From a virus (Duplodnaviria; Caudoviricetes): a stretch of DNA of 35,545 nucleotides. Each line of letters opens with the position of its first letter. Position 1 is the first letter of the stretch. The DNA is taken from IMG/VR virus record IMGVR_UViG_3300008085_000924, positions 1 through 35,545 of that record. The stretch is one strand, 5' to 3'. A program made the position numbers and the translations under genes. The notes under the pieces were generated by a model. The model saw only the letters and a list, made by a program, of their open reading frames with translations. It was not told the DNA's origin and did no database searches. This document shows, piece after piece, positions 20,646 to 29,772 of the stretch.

Positions 20646-21064
20646 GTAGATATACTAGTGGGCAATACGAACCCAAAAATCCAAAAAAATATATAGGCAA
20701 ATATCCCATAATATATAGAAGCAGTTGGGAATTGGGGTTAATGCAAAAGTTTGATATACACCCCAATATTACGGAATGGGCTAGTGAAAGTTTGCAAATA
20801 CCATATCGTAATCCTTTTACTAACAAAGATACAATTTATGTACCTGATTTTTTTGTTAAATATATAGATAAAACCAATAAAATCCATGTAGAAATAATTG
20901 AGATTAAACCACTTAAGGAAACACTTTTAGAAAAAGCAAAATCCAAAAAAGATAAACTTTCTGTAGCATTAAATACTGTTAAGTGGCAAGCTGCCCAAGC
21001 TTTTTGTAAGAAAGCTGGTATAACATTTAGAATAATGACGGAAGAACAGTTATTTAGGAAATAA
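20642..21064 (+). CDS. Head completion nuclease (T4 gp4-like, TnsA-like fold)
   Basis: G.Y.PKNP.KY.G, YRSSWE, WASE...IPY, YVPDF, EIKP, N..KW.AA, F.I.TE. Confidence 0.9.
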   Translation: MSRYTSGQYEPKNPKKYIGKYPIIYRSSWELGLMQKFDIHPNITEWASESLQIPYRNPFTNKDTIYVPDFFVKYIDKTNKIHVEIIEIKPLKETLLEKAKSKKDKLSVALNTVKWQAAQAFCKKAGITFRIMTEEQLFRK

Positions 21065-21065
21065 T

Positions 21066-21584
21066 ATGACGAAGCAGATTGAGGAAACTTTGAATTTACC
21101 AAGCATGGAAGAGGTTATGGCTACTCTTTCTGATGATGACGAAACTATTGCTGATGAACCCGTTGAGGAAAAGTCAATTCAAGAAAAAATAACGGATGTT
21201 ACAAACCTCAAACAGATGTTACATTCATTAAATCTACAAAGTGTGGCATTAGACGACGGTGGTATTGATGAAATCCGAGACAAAGCATTATCCGCATATA
21301 AGGACATGTTGGATGCAGGGTTCAATGCTGACAGTAAATATGCTTCTAATTTTTTGGAACCTGCTGTGGCTGCATTGGGAATAGCTATGGATAGTGAAAA
21401 TACCAAACTTAAAAAGAAATTGGAGTATTATAGATTAAAACAACAAGATGAAAAAATTGATTTATTGCGACGTAAAATAGAACTTGAAGAAAAACGTGCA
21501 GGATCTGGCGCAGAAGTATTGGATGATGACAGTATTCTAATGAATAGAAACGAACTACTTAAAAATTTATTGAAAGACAAATAA
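21066..21584 (+). CDS. Acidic helical hypothetical protein (terminase small subunit is a weak possibility)
   Basis: 172 aa, helical/coiled coil, C-terminal RNELLK.L; located in the packaging cluster. Function not established. Confidence 0.45.
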   Translation: MTKQIEETLNLPSMEEVMATLSDDDETIADEPVEEKSIQEKITDVTNLKQMLHSLNLQSVALDDGGIDEIRDKALSAYKDMLDAGFNADSKYASNFLEPAVAALGIAMDSENTKLKKKLEYYRLKQQDEKIDLLRRKIELEEKRAGSGAEVLDDDSILMNRNELLKNLLKDK

Positions 21585-22205
21585 ATGAAATACGATGAAA
21601 TAATAACCGAATTAACTGGATATAAAAAAATAACGCAGGACGTAATATCTAAAGAAAAATCTATTCGTCAATTATTTACAGATGCGGGATATGTTCATGT
21701 TGGTAGCGGATCGTATGGGTATGCTTATCGGCATCCGTCTGGTTATATTGTTAAGGTAGTGCTTGATGGAGATCACTGTTATTATAAATTTGTAGAATAT
21801 TGTTTGAAAAATCAAAATAATCCGCACCTACCAAAATTCAAAACAAAATTATTACGAAAATTCAATGAAAACTTTTATGTAGTGAGAATGGAAGAATTAA
21901 TACGTCTTACTGAAAAAGAATATAAAGCAGCAAAAATTTTAATTGACCACTCAAATCATCCATTAGTATCATTGCCCGCTAAACCATATCATGTTTTGAA
22001 AAATAAAGACGAAGAGGAATATGAATTTCCTAAACAGTTTGACCATATCCCGGAATATAAAACGTTTTTTGATACTTTATTAGATGTTAACAAAAATAGA
22101 CCCTCAAAATGTTATGAGGATTTAACGTACAGCCAATCTAATGTTATGAAGAGATCAAATGGTATTTTTGTAATTTTAGACCCCTGGTATAGCCCTAGAG
22201 AATAA
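21585..22205 (+). CDS. Ser/Thr protein kinase-like protein (T7 gp0.7-like kinase domain)
   Basis: Gly loop GSGSYG, VKV lysine, HLPK, MEEL hinge, DL...SNVM catalytic loop and ILDP. Confidence 0.7.
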   Translation: MKYDEIITELTGYKKITQDVISKEKSIRQLFTDAGYVHVGSGSYGYAYRHPSGYIVKVVLDGDHCYYKFVEYCLKNQNNPHLPKFKTKLLRKFNENFYVVRMEELIRLTEKEYKAAKILIDHSNHPLVSLPAKPYHVLKNKDEEEYEFPKQFDHIPEYKTFFDTLLDVNKNRPSKCYEDLTYSQSNVMKRSNGIFVILDPWYSPRE

Positions 22206-22263
22206 TTAAATTTGGTTTACTTCATATTTGATAAATAAAATAAAACCTTTTTAAGGATATAAA

Positions 22264-23121
22264 ATGACTGATTTTAAAAAGCTTCTAGTAGAAACACATT
22301 GCGAATATCCGTTAAGAATAAAAACAATTGTTCCGATTACAAACGATATGTATGAAAAATTATCTACTTTCTTAAAAAAATATAGAGTTTTAGAAATTGG
22401 TAAGATCACGAAAACAATAATACAAAAAAACCCACTTGATTTCGGCGGCGTTGATGCAAGCGAAGTGTTTATTGTGGATGTAGTTTTAGATATACCAGTA
22501 AGCTCTTATGTATTAACCAACGAATTAGCTGTATTATGGAATATTGCGCAGCGACAAGTGGTGGTGCGCAATCAATTTGAGGGCATGGAACAGTTAACTG
22601 ATCAAATTAATTTAGAACAGGAAATTGAAGAAGAAGCTGCTAAGAAAAAATATGTAAGAGGTAGTTTATTAACGACTAATCCAAATTATAATGAATATGA
22701 AACACATATACCACAGGAATTACTAGCAGGGCAAACACAAGTAGAAACTTTTAAGGATTATTTGGCAAAAACAGAAGCTGGCCGCCCCAGTAAAATGTAT
22801 CCTTCTTCGCAGGGATTATTTGCGTGGGTAAAAACTTTTAAACCGGAAAAAGTGGATGGGTATAAATCAGATTTTAACAAAGATATAGATGGTGCTGTAT
22901 TGGTAAAACCCGCAAGTGGTGCCAAGTCAAATGCTAAACCAACAGATGAGGAAAAAGCTCTTAAAGATATAATGAGTTGTTGGGGTAATCTACATTCTAC
23001 TAGAACTAGATCAACACCATATTTAGAATATAAAGACGTTGTAAAAGAACTTGAAGTAGCACTAACCACCCCCGCACTTCAGAAAGTTAGAAAAAAATAC
23101 AAAGGAAAAACTAATGGCTAA
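22264..23121 (+). CDS. Hypothetical protein, probably virion-associated
   Basis: 285 aa; late-promoter-like GATAAATA at 22230; N-terminus MTDFKKLLVE. Confidence 0.6.
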   Translation: MTDFKKLLVETHCEYPLRIKTIVPITNDMYEKLSTFLKKYRVLEIGKITKTIIQKNPLDFGGVDASEVFIVDVVLDIPVSSYVLTNELAVLWNIAQRQVVVRNQFEGMEQLTDQINLEQEIEEEAAKKKYVRGSLLTTNPNYNEYETHIPQELLAGQTQVETFKDYLAKTEAGRPSKMYPSSQGLFAWVKTFKPEKVDGYKSDFNKDIDGAVLVKPASGAKSNAKPTDEEKALKDIMSCWGNLHSTRTRSTPYLEYKDVVKELEVALTTPALQKVRKKYKGKTNG

Positions 23122-25201
23122 TCAGGAAAATTATACTCTAAACGTTAATAAAATTTTTGACGAAGTGGGCGGCCAGAGAACTGAAAATCATTCATATTCT
23201 GCAACAAATGCTGCTGATTTGAAATATATGCTTCAATTGGCCGGTGTTGTTGATTATGCAGAACAGGAATTGCCATGTGGTTGTACTGATACGTGTGATT
23301 GTGATGCTGCTATGCCCGTCAATGCTGCAATGGTTGCAGAACCCATATCTGATGAAGATTATGCGGAACCACAAACTGCATATGATTATAGCGATGATTT
23401 TCAACCACATTTTGGTATGAATGATTGGGAAGCTAATTCATATGAAAAATTTGTAAATACACCTTCACAAAATTGGCCTGTAGTATTTGAAGCATTAAGT
23501 AACGAACTAGTTGATAGAGGACTTACAATGCAGGAAGCAGACGAAAAATTATTTAAATTATTGGATTTGGGTGTAAATGAACATTTCGATTACGGACACG
23601 GCAACCCTTTGGATAATCAGACCACTGTTTCTATAAAGGGTATGAACATTGATCGGGGTTCTCTAAGAAAATTCAAACAGGATTATGTGCAAGCAAGATA
23701 TGGCGACAACCCTCTATCAGCAAACAACGAAATTTCAGAAACTATTGAACAAAAGTACCAAAGATTTCTAAAAGAAACCGCTATAATTACTGAAAAAGAA
23801 ACTAAGTTAGAAAATCACAGATTACCTGTTGGGTCTGTATTTATAGCAGGATTGCCCTCAAATGGTGATATTCAATTACATGTTGTGGTTAAGAGTGATA
23901 AAGAACCCACCGAACGCAGAGGCGAAATGGATATAACATATGATGTTAAATTAATACATGTAACTGCTGATGGGAAAATTAAAAAAACAGAAAATGTCAA
24001 AAAATGGGGTTCGCAATTAAATAGACCATCAACTGGCGGTAAAGTTTATGTTGGCAAACATATAGGCAAAATATCTAATCCTGAAGCAACGAGACCAGAT
24101 TTATCAAGGTTAAATCTTAAAAAATTACGAGAAAGCATTAATGAATCACAGAATTCATATACATCAAAAGAAAATTCAAAAGGTGAAAGAGTAAGTTTAA
24201 CCAAAAAGAAAAATGAAGATGGAGAATTTACTGTTAGATTTTTTAAAAATGGCAAACCGCATGAACCCGGATTTTATTATACCGATGATTGGAATGATGC
24301 AGTAGGCACTTTTGAAAACATGAAAAAACGTGTTGAAAAAATTGATGAAAGTGCTCAAAAAAAAATTAATGAAGAAGACAGTTTTCAATTCAGAAGAGCA
24401 ATTCAATTAGCAGCCGATGATTATGTAAAAAAGTTTGGCGAAGTACCTAATCTGTTGAATTTTAGAATGAGAGAATACGCTAAATCTATTGCAACTAAAT
24501 TTGGCAAGGATGAATTAGCAATAAGAAAAGAACTTGAAAAATTAATTCTTAAGAAAAAAAATGTCGCCGAAGCTGCCACTTCGATTGCACCACGTAAACC
24601 ATATTTTACACCTCTGTCTGCTGACGACACATTAGAAGCAAATTTAGAAGATAATATGGAATTTGATGGATTTGAATATAGTTTTGGTGATAATGGCGCC
24701 CCTGTTGCGGTGAATACAGAAACCGGTGAAAAATGGATTACTTCTGGTGGTATAAATGAACCAGTGTCCGACGCCAGTGAATGGGAATTAGTTGCAAACG
24801 AAGCAGCGCCCGGAATAACCAAGCCAAAGAAAGTAGTTCTTGGCAAATTTATTAAATCACCTGAATTAGAAATAACTGCTATTCCTGTTAGAGATAAAGT
24901 TTCCGGTAAAATGGATTATAAAGTTGCCATAGTTGATAAATTTGACAATAATAATAAACAAGTCGTTTTAATGCGTGGCGCCGGAACAGATTTTAATAAA
25001 ATGATTGAACGACTAAAATCAACAAACGAATTGAAATTTAAACGTGCTGGCGGAGTGGCATGGTTAATGGGAGAAAATCAAGTTGACGAAGCAGGAACTA
25101 GGTTGGATCCAAAATGTTGGGATGGGTATAAAATAGGCAAGCCAAAAACAAAAATAAGTCCACAAACTGGTAAAAGAGTTAATAATTGTGTTAAAGATTA
25201 G
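23114..25201 (+). CDS. Modular hypothetical protein, probable internal head protein
   Basis: 695 aa with many (I/L/V)xE sites (FLKE, LRE, INE, VAE, VDE) and a C-terminal CWDGYK...K.VNNCVK motif. Confidence 0.55.
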   Translation: MANQENYTLNVNKIFDEVGGQRTENHSYSATNAADLKYMLQLAGVVDYAEQELPCGCTDTCDCDAAMPVNAAMVAEPISDEDYAEPQTAYDYSDDFQPHFGMNDWEANSYEKFVNTPSQNWPVVFEALSNELVDRGLTMQEADEKLFKLLDLGVNEHFDYGHGNPLDNQTTVSIKGMNIDRGSLRKFKQDYVQARYGDNPLSANNEISETIEQKYQRFLKETAIITEKETKLENHRLPVGSVFIAGLPSNGDIQLHVVVKSDKEPTERRGEMDITYDVKLIHVTADGKIKKTENVKKWGSQLNRPSTGGKVYVGKHIGKISNPEATRPDLSRLNLKKLRESINESQNSYTSKENSKGERVSLTKKKNEDGEFTVRFFKNGKPHEPGFYYTDDWNDAVGTFENMKKRVEKIDESAQKKINEEDSFQFRRAIQLAADDYVKKFGEVPNLLNFRMREYAKSIATKFGKDELAIRKELEKLILKKKNVAEAATSIAPRKPYFTPLSADDTLEANLEDNMEFDGFEYSFGDNGAPVAVNTETGEKWITSGGINEPVSDASEWELVANEAAPGITKPKKVVLGKFIKSPELEITAIPVRDKVSGKMDYKVAIVDKFDNNNKQVVLMRGAGTDFNKMIERLKSTNELKFKRAGGVAWLMGENQVDEAGTRLDPKCWDGYKIGKPKTKISPQTGKRVNNCVKD

Positions 25202-25279
25202 GTGAATTAAATGAGTTTAATTGGTAATCAAATCAAGAACTATTGGCTAAAATACGAGTATTAGAAGGAAATTAATATA

Positions 25280-25531
25280 ATGGACAGCGAATTGTATTTT
25301 CGTGGTTATGATTTAACTACAATACACATCTACTATTACATGCCCGATTATAGAAGTGTATTAAATGAATTTATATGGCAAACAATGGATGTGAACCCCA
25401 CATTTCCTAGAATACATAAATTCTTAAACCATTGGCAACTAAATATAGATGCAACCATAAAAGAAATATTATTAAGCCACGGAACTTGGTGTAAAGAATT
25501 CAAAAATGTAAAGAATATTTTGGAAATCTAA
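25280..25531 (+). CDS. usg: Usg-family protein
   Basis: GY.LTT..I.Y.MPD...L..F.WQ..D..P.FP....FL..W....D pattern of Usg proteins. Confidence 0.8.
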   Translation: MDSELYFRGYDLTTIHIYYYMPDYRSVLNEFIWQTMDVNPTFPRIHKFLNHWQLNIDATIKEILLSHGTWCKEFKNVKNILEI

Positions 25532-25543
25532 CTGGAGATTAAA

Positions 25544-25810
25544 ATGGAAAATAAAATGAGAAATTTGATTAATATAGTAGAGGGCGTATCCCCCCCCGCA
25601 GATAATAGCGTAGCTAATAAAAAAAGTGATCAAATTTATTACTTAACTAAAGCTAAAAAGAGTTTGCCTAATTTGATAAGTGATATGACTTATTATTTAA
25701 CACAAGCTAAACAAGCCAAAATGGGCAGTCCTGAACGAGAATTTATGTTAAAGATGTATGAAGCTAAAAAAATGGAAGTAGAAACTATTAAAGCCGCTTT
25801 GGGAATGTAA
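25544..25810 (+). CDS. Hypothetical protein with capsid-targeting-like N-terminus
   Basis: GGAG RBS; MRNLINIVE near the N-terminus. Confidence 0.6.
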   Translation: MENKMRNLINIVEGVSPPADNSVANKKSDQIYYLTKAKKSLPNLISDMTYYLTQAKQAKMGSPEREFMLKMYEAKKMEVETIKAALGM

Positions 25811-25824
25811 TTGGAAAATCATTA

Positions 25825-26196
25825 ATGAGTATGACTCCTGTATATGTTAAACAACCACATGCTAGAAGTTATTTCAATCAAGCGCGAGCGAAAGAACTTA
25901 TTAAATGTGCAGAAAATGCTCAATATTTTTGTGAAAATTATGTAATGATACAACACCCCCTAAAGGGGAACGTGCCATTTGACTTGTTTAATTTTCAACG
26001 TGAAATGTTGGATATATTTACTAATTATAAATACATCGTCGCACTCACAGCCCGTCAAATGGGCAAATCATTACAAGCTAATACTATTATAAAGTTTAAT
26101 GATAAAAAAGTCAAATTAAAAAGTTTAATTCAAATGAATTTTAGAGAAAAAATTGTTACTCATCTGGAAGATCTTTTGTTGAAATTAAGTAAGTAA
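25825..26196 (+). CDS. Terminase large subunit, N-terminal fragment (aa 1-81) fused to split intein N part
   Basis: KC....YF..NYV.I.HP..G...F.LF.FQ (adenine-binding Q) and Walker A start ARQMGK, then an abrupt change to the intein block A-like SLQANTII. Confidence 0.9.
   Translation: MSMTPVYVKQPHARSYFNQARAKELIKCAENAQYFCENYVMIQHPLKGNVPFDLFNFQREMLDIFTNYKYIVALTARQMGKSLQANTIIKFNDKKVKLKSLIQMNFREKIVTHLEDLLLKLSK
26068..26193 (+). mobile_element. Split intein N-fragment (42 aa, Ser1)
   Basis: SLQANTIIKFNDKKVKLKSL matches block A (C/S-L-x-x-x-T-x-I) plus the following K(I/L)..L strand; the ORF stops after 42 aa. Confidence 0.8.
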
Positions 26197-26236
26197 TTGT
26201 TTATAATTAATTATTGATTATAAAAGGACTTACTAC

Positions 26237-27247
26237 TTGAAAAAATTACATGATAAGACATGCATTATCTGCTCTAAAGAATATATGGGATCACACAATT
26301 CATTAGTGTGTTCACCGGAATGTTTTACTAAAAAACGAATTAGAAGTAAATTTATGGGCGGCACAGAAGGCATAGATTTTATTATGTGCCCGGTATGTAA
26401 TGAACCCGCTAAAGAAATATCAAATCTTCACGCTAAAATGCATGGGTTTAATTCACCAAAAGAATTAGCTCTACATTACAATATGCCTTATACGAAATGC
26501 GAAAAAATACGTAATAATATGAAAGGCAGTAATAACCCGGGATTTCAACATGGCGGTAAATTAAGTCCATGGAGTGATAAATCAGAAGTTCATTCAAAAG
26601 AACAAATACAAGAAGCCAAGGAAAAAGCGGCTGAAAATGGCTTAAGAAAAGATTATAATAGGCCTTCAATGAAGGAATATTGGATTAAGAAGGGCCAATC
26701 AGAACAAGAAGCCAAGGAATCTGCAAGAATTCATAATTTACGTGATAAAGCTTGGTTCATTAGAAAATATGGTGAAGACTTGGGTCATATTAAATGGGTT
26801 GAACGCCAAGAAAAATGGTATGAATCATTAAAGAAATCTGGATTGTTTTCTGGTATATCAAAAATAAGTCGAGAATTGTTTGATGCTGTTCAATTAAGAC
26901 ATGATGGTAAATTATTTTATGGAAGTGAAGAACGAACAATAAGAACTCCTCGCCGTGTATATCAGGTAGATTTATATGATAATAATAAAAACATAATTGA
27001 GTTTTTTGGTGATTATTGGCATGGTAATCCTGATATTTTTTCGGATAGTCATATTATTAAAAAGAATAAAAATGGTACGGTAATGACTGTCGCAGATAAA
27101 AGAGAATATGACGCTCAGAAAATAAAAGATTTGGAATCGGCAGGTTATTCAGTTAAAATAGTTTGGGAAAGGGATTATAAAGATAATCCAGATAAAATGG
27201 TCAAAGAATGCTTGGAGTTTTTGGGTGGACAAAGTGTATCAGTTTGA
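26237..27247 (+). mobile_element. Free-standing Vsr-like endonuclease inside the fractured terminase locus
   Basis: N-terminal CxxC...CSxxC and CPVC..H...H Zn motifs; C-terminal VDLYD...IIEFFGDYWHGNP...GY.V.IVWE.D. Confidence 0.8.
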
Positions 27248-27890
27248 ATGTATACCATTGGGTATAACTTTTGATAATATTAATGCATTAGATAATGATG
27301 GGGTTAAAAATTTTATTAATGATAATCCATTATATTTATATTTACAACGTATAGATAACCTTATTTATAAAATAATTTATGGTGATATAACAAATTATAA
27401 TTATAATAATAAACTTAAATTGTATAAAGAAATATTACGTTTAAAGGAAAGATATAAGGATTTTAAGGACTGCTTGCCCAACAACAATATAATTGGTTGG
27501 TTAGATAAATTATTGACATCAATAGATCTATTAAATGTTTCTATTAATTTGAGTAAATATCCCTACTTTAATACTTGTCATAAGATAAAATATTGTATTA
27601 TTCATAATCTACATATGATCGAAGTTGATGAATATCGGTCATTTTTGACCATTGAGGAAATATCAGAAACTGAAAGTTTAAAACCCTATGGTTTTATAAA
27701 TAGTTCGTATCGTATTATTAATAAAAATTTAGATGGTATTTTGGTAGTTTCATATTTTGAAAGTACCCCAATAGAAACTAATATCATGTTTTTAAAATGC
27801 AAAGCTGATGCAAAATCAATGGAAATATTGGATACATTCGATGCAGCAAAATATAATGGGTGGCATCCGTTGAAAAAATATATCGTATGA
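27225..27890 (+). CDS. Hypothetical protein
   Basis: 221-aa ORF overlapping the endonuclease stop; no motif recognised. Confidence 0.55.
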   Translation: MDKVYQFECIPLGITFDNINALDNDGVKNFINDNPLYLYLQRIDNLIYKIIYGDITNYNYNNKLKLYKEILRLKERYKDFKDCLPNNNIIGWLDKLLTSIDLLNVSINLSKYPYFNTCHKIKYCIIHNLHMIEVDEYRSFLTIEEISETESLKPYGFINSSYRIINKNLDGILVVSYFESTPIETNIMFLKCKADAKSMEILDTFDAAKYNGWHPLKKYIV

Positions 27891-27929
27891 ACTAATCGTA
27901 ATAGGATCCTTGTTCATCGGTTTATATAT

Positions 27930-28014
27930 TTTTGATAAAATTTCTCTTGATATTGATAAGTTTAACTGCTATTTGTTGTGATAATTTTTAAGGGAGATAG
28001 ATAAAATGAATATA
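27930..28014 (+). repeat. Promoter/RBS module, copy 1
   Basis: About 80% identical (hand alignment) to 28503-28586; contains ttgatatt...tgctatttgtt, an RBS and the ATGAATATA start. Confidence 0.8.
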
Positions 28015-28473
28015 TTACGTAGCGCCAGCTTGGTCTTCTTTTGTTTGGCTACTCCGGCAATTGCAGACAATAATACGTCAACAGATAACCCTGCTCAAAA
28101 AATAGGCGAAGCATTTGGTAGAATGGCTTTAGCAATGCAACCAGTGGAATTTGTATTCGATAAATCAGAACAAATAATAGATCCAAACAAACCAAAACTA
28201 CCAATAGATAAAATATTTGATAAGGAATTATCAGCAAGCCCTTTGGGAGAATGTGACCCTACACCAGAACAACCATATAATTTAATATTAAGAAAAATAG
28301 ATGAAAATCGAACAGGAATGACACTTCAAGCAAATGGTGTAAATTTACCAATAGTTTCATTAAATGGTATATCATTTAAAACAGTAAAAGATATTCCTGA
28401 AGAAGAACAAATTAAATTAATATGTGAAACAGACAGACATAATACATATAAGATTAAAATACTAACTGAATGA
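28006..28473 (+). CDS. Hypothetical exported protein
   Basis: Signal-peptide-like MNILRSASLVFFCLATPAIA; AGGGAG RBS. Confidence 0.7.
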   Translation: MNILRSASLVFFCLATPAIADNNTSTDNPAQKIGEAFGRMALAMQPVEFVFDKSEQIIDPNKPKLPIDKIFDKELSASPLGECDPTPEQPYNLILRKIDENRTGMTLQANGVNLPIVSLNGISFKTVKDIPEEEQIKLICETDRHNTYKIKILTE

Positions 28474-28502
28474 AAGAAAGATAAATAAATATCTAGAAAA
28501 TC

Positions 28503-28586
28503 TTTTGATGAAATTTTCTTTGATATTAGTAATTTTAAGTGCTATTTGTTATGGTAATATATAAGAGAGATTAGAAAATGAATATA
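28503..28586 (+). repeat. Promoter/RBS module, copy 2
   Basis: Imperfect copy of 27930-28014, again running into ATGAATATA. Confidence 0.8.
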
Positions 28587-28805
28587 GTAGTAGATGTAAT
28601 AGGATACATATCAATAATAATTTTGATATTATTAATTTCATTTGTATTGGGGGTGTATTATACAGATAGATTAAATTGTGAATCATTATGGATAAATGAT
28701 ACTGATACTAACTATCTAACCTATCTATGTGGTATTCGATTAAATGAAACTAAACACATAAAATTCATATTGATTATCCCCGATCAAATGCTAAATTACT
28801 ATTAA
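28578..28805 (+). CDS. Small membrane protein
   Basis: N-terminal transmembrane segment IGYISIIILILLISFVLGVYY. Confidence 0.55.
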   Translation: MNIVVDVIGYISIIILILLISFVLGVYYTDRLNCESLWINDTDTNYLTYLCGIRLNETKHIKFILIIPDQMLNYY

Positions 28806-28823
28806 AATATTAATGAGGCACCC

Positions 28824-29327
28824 ATGTTGTATGAATATGAAAAAATAAAAAACAATAAATGGATTATAGAAGAACGTGCCGTCTATGATCAAGAAGCAGG
28901 TATAAGATATACTACATGGAGTCATTTATATCCTCATGCATTATATTTTGCTACTTATGATGAAGTTGAATATAGAAACAAAACTTTTGATTTTGTAAAA
29001 TTTAAGAGATTTTGTGATAGAAAATTATCAGGCGACGTAATATATTCCCTAATTGATAGAAGTTATACATATAAGTATTATTCAGACCCCCAAAAAACGT
29101 GGGATGGATCACATCATACAGAGCAATGGATCTTTTTTGCTTTTAATTTTGAATTATTGTGCGATTGTTATTTGACTAGAAATGAATTTAAATTATTTGA
29201 TAAGCTTCCTCCGGAAAATACTAGAAAACCACATCATGATTGGACTTTAAACGAACACATAGACTGTTCCGATCATGACAAATATTGGGATCATAGATTT
29301 AAAATGCTGGAAAAACTAAGGTCATAA
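28824..29327 (+). CDS. Hypothetical protein
   Basis: 167-aa ORF with GAGG RBS; aromatic-rich. Confidence 0.6.
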   Translation: MLYEYEKIKNNKWIIEERAVYDQEAGIRYTTWSHLYPHALYFATYDEVEYRNKTFDFVKFKRFCDRKLSGDVIYSLIDRSYTYKYYSDPQKTWDGSHHTEQWIFFAFNFELLCDCYLTRNEFKLFDKLPPENTRKPHHDWTLNEHIDCSDHDKYWDHRFKMLEKLRS

Positions 29328-29349
29328 ATCATCCATAATAAATAACTGT

Positions 29350-29772
29350 ATGATTAAAAAATTATGTATAGTTATTATTAAAGCAATTCTTTGGATAATA
29401 GATAAAAATCATAGAATTAAGCATGAAATTCCGTTAGATGATGTAAAAAAATTTACACATACTAATTCTGTGCTATTTCATTCAGATTTTGCGATGGGCG
29501 TAAATGCATTTAGAACTGTGCCATATGAATGTTGGGAATTAAAAACAAATACAAGAACTATATATGGTGCTGATAAACATTTATTCTATCAGGAAAATGG
29601 CGAAACAATCTATTTAAAGGATTGTATCCCATACAACACTACTCTTCATACAGAAAAAGGTCCCGAACGAGTCATAAGTGTTCGTAATCTAAATTTTAGA
29701 ACACATATGTATGATGTTGAAATAAATCATCCCAAACATTGGTATTATGCAAATGGAATTTTAAGCCATAAT
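29350..29772 (+). mobile_element. Split intein C-fragment (141 aa; blocks B, F, G)
   Basis: Block B-like GADKHLF, block F MYDVEI...HWYYANG, block G ILSHN followed by Thr+1. Confidence 0.9.

Noticed and set aside
20642-21064. TnsA transposase of a Tn7-like element
   Set aside because: Size and context match the T4 gp4 head-completion protein; no tnsB/tnsC or transposon ends.
29350-29772. Class 3 intein mechanism
   Set aside because: Block F has Asp (MYD), not Cys, and position 1 is a usable Ser, consistent with class 1.
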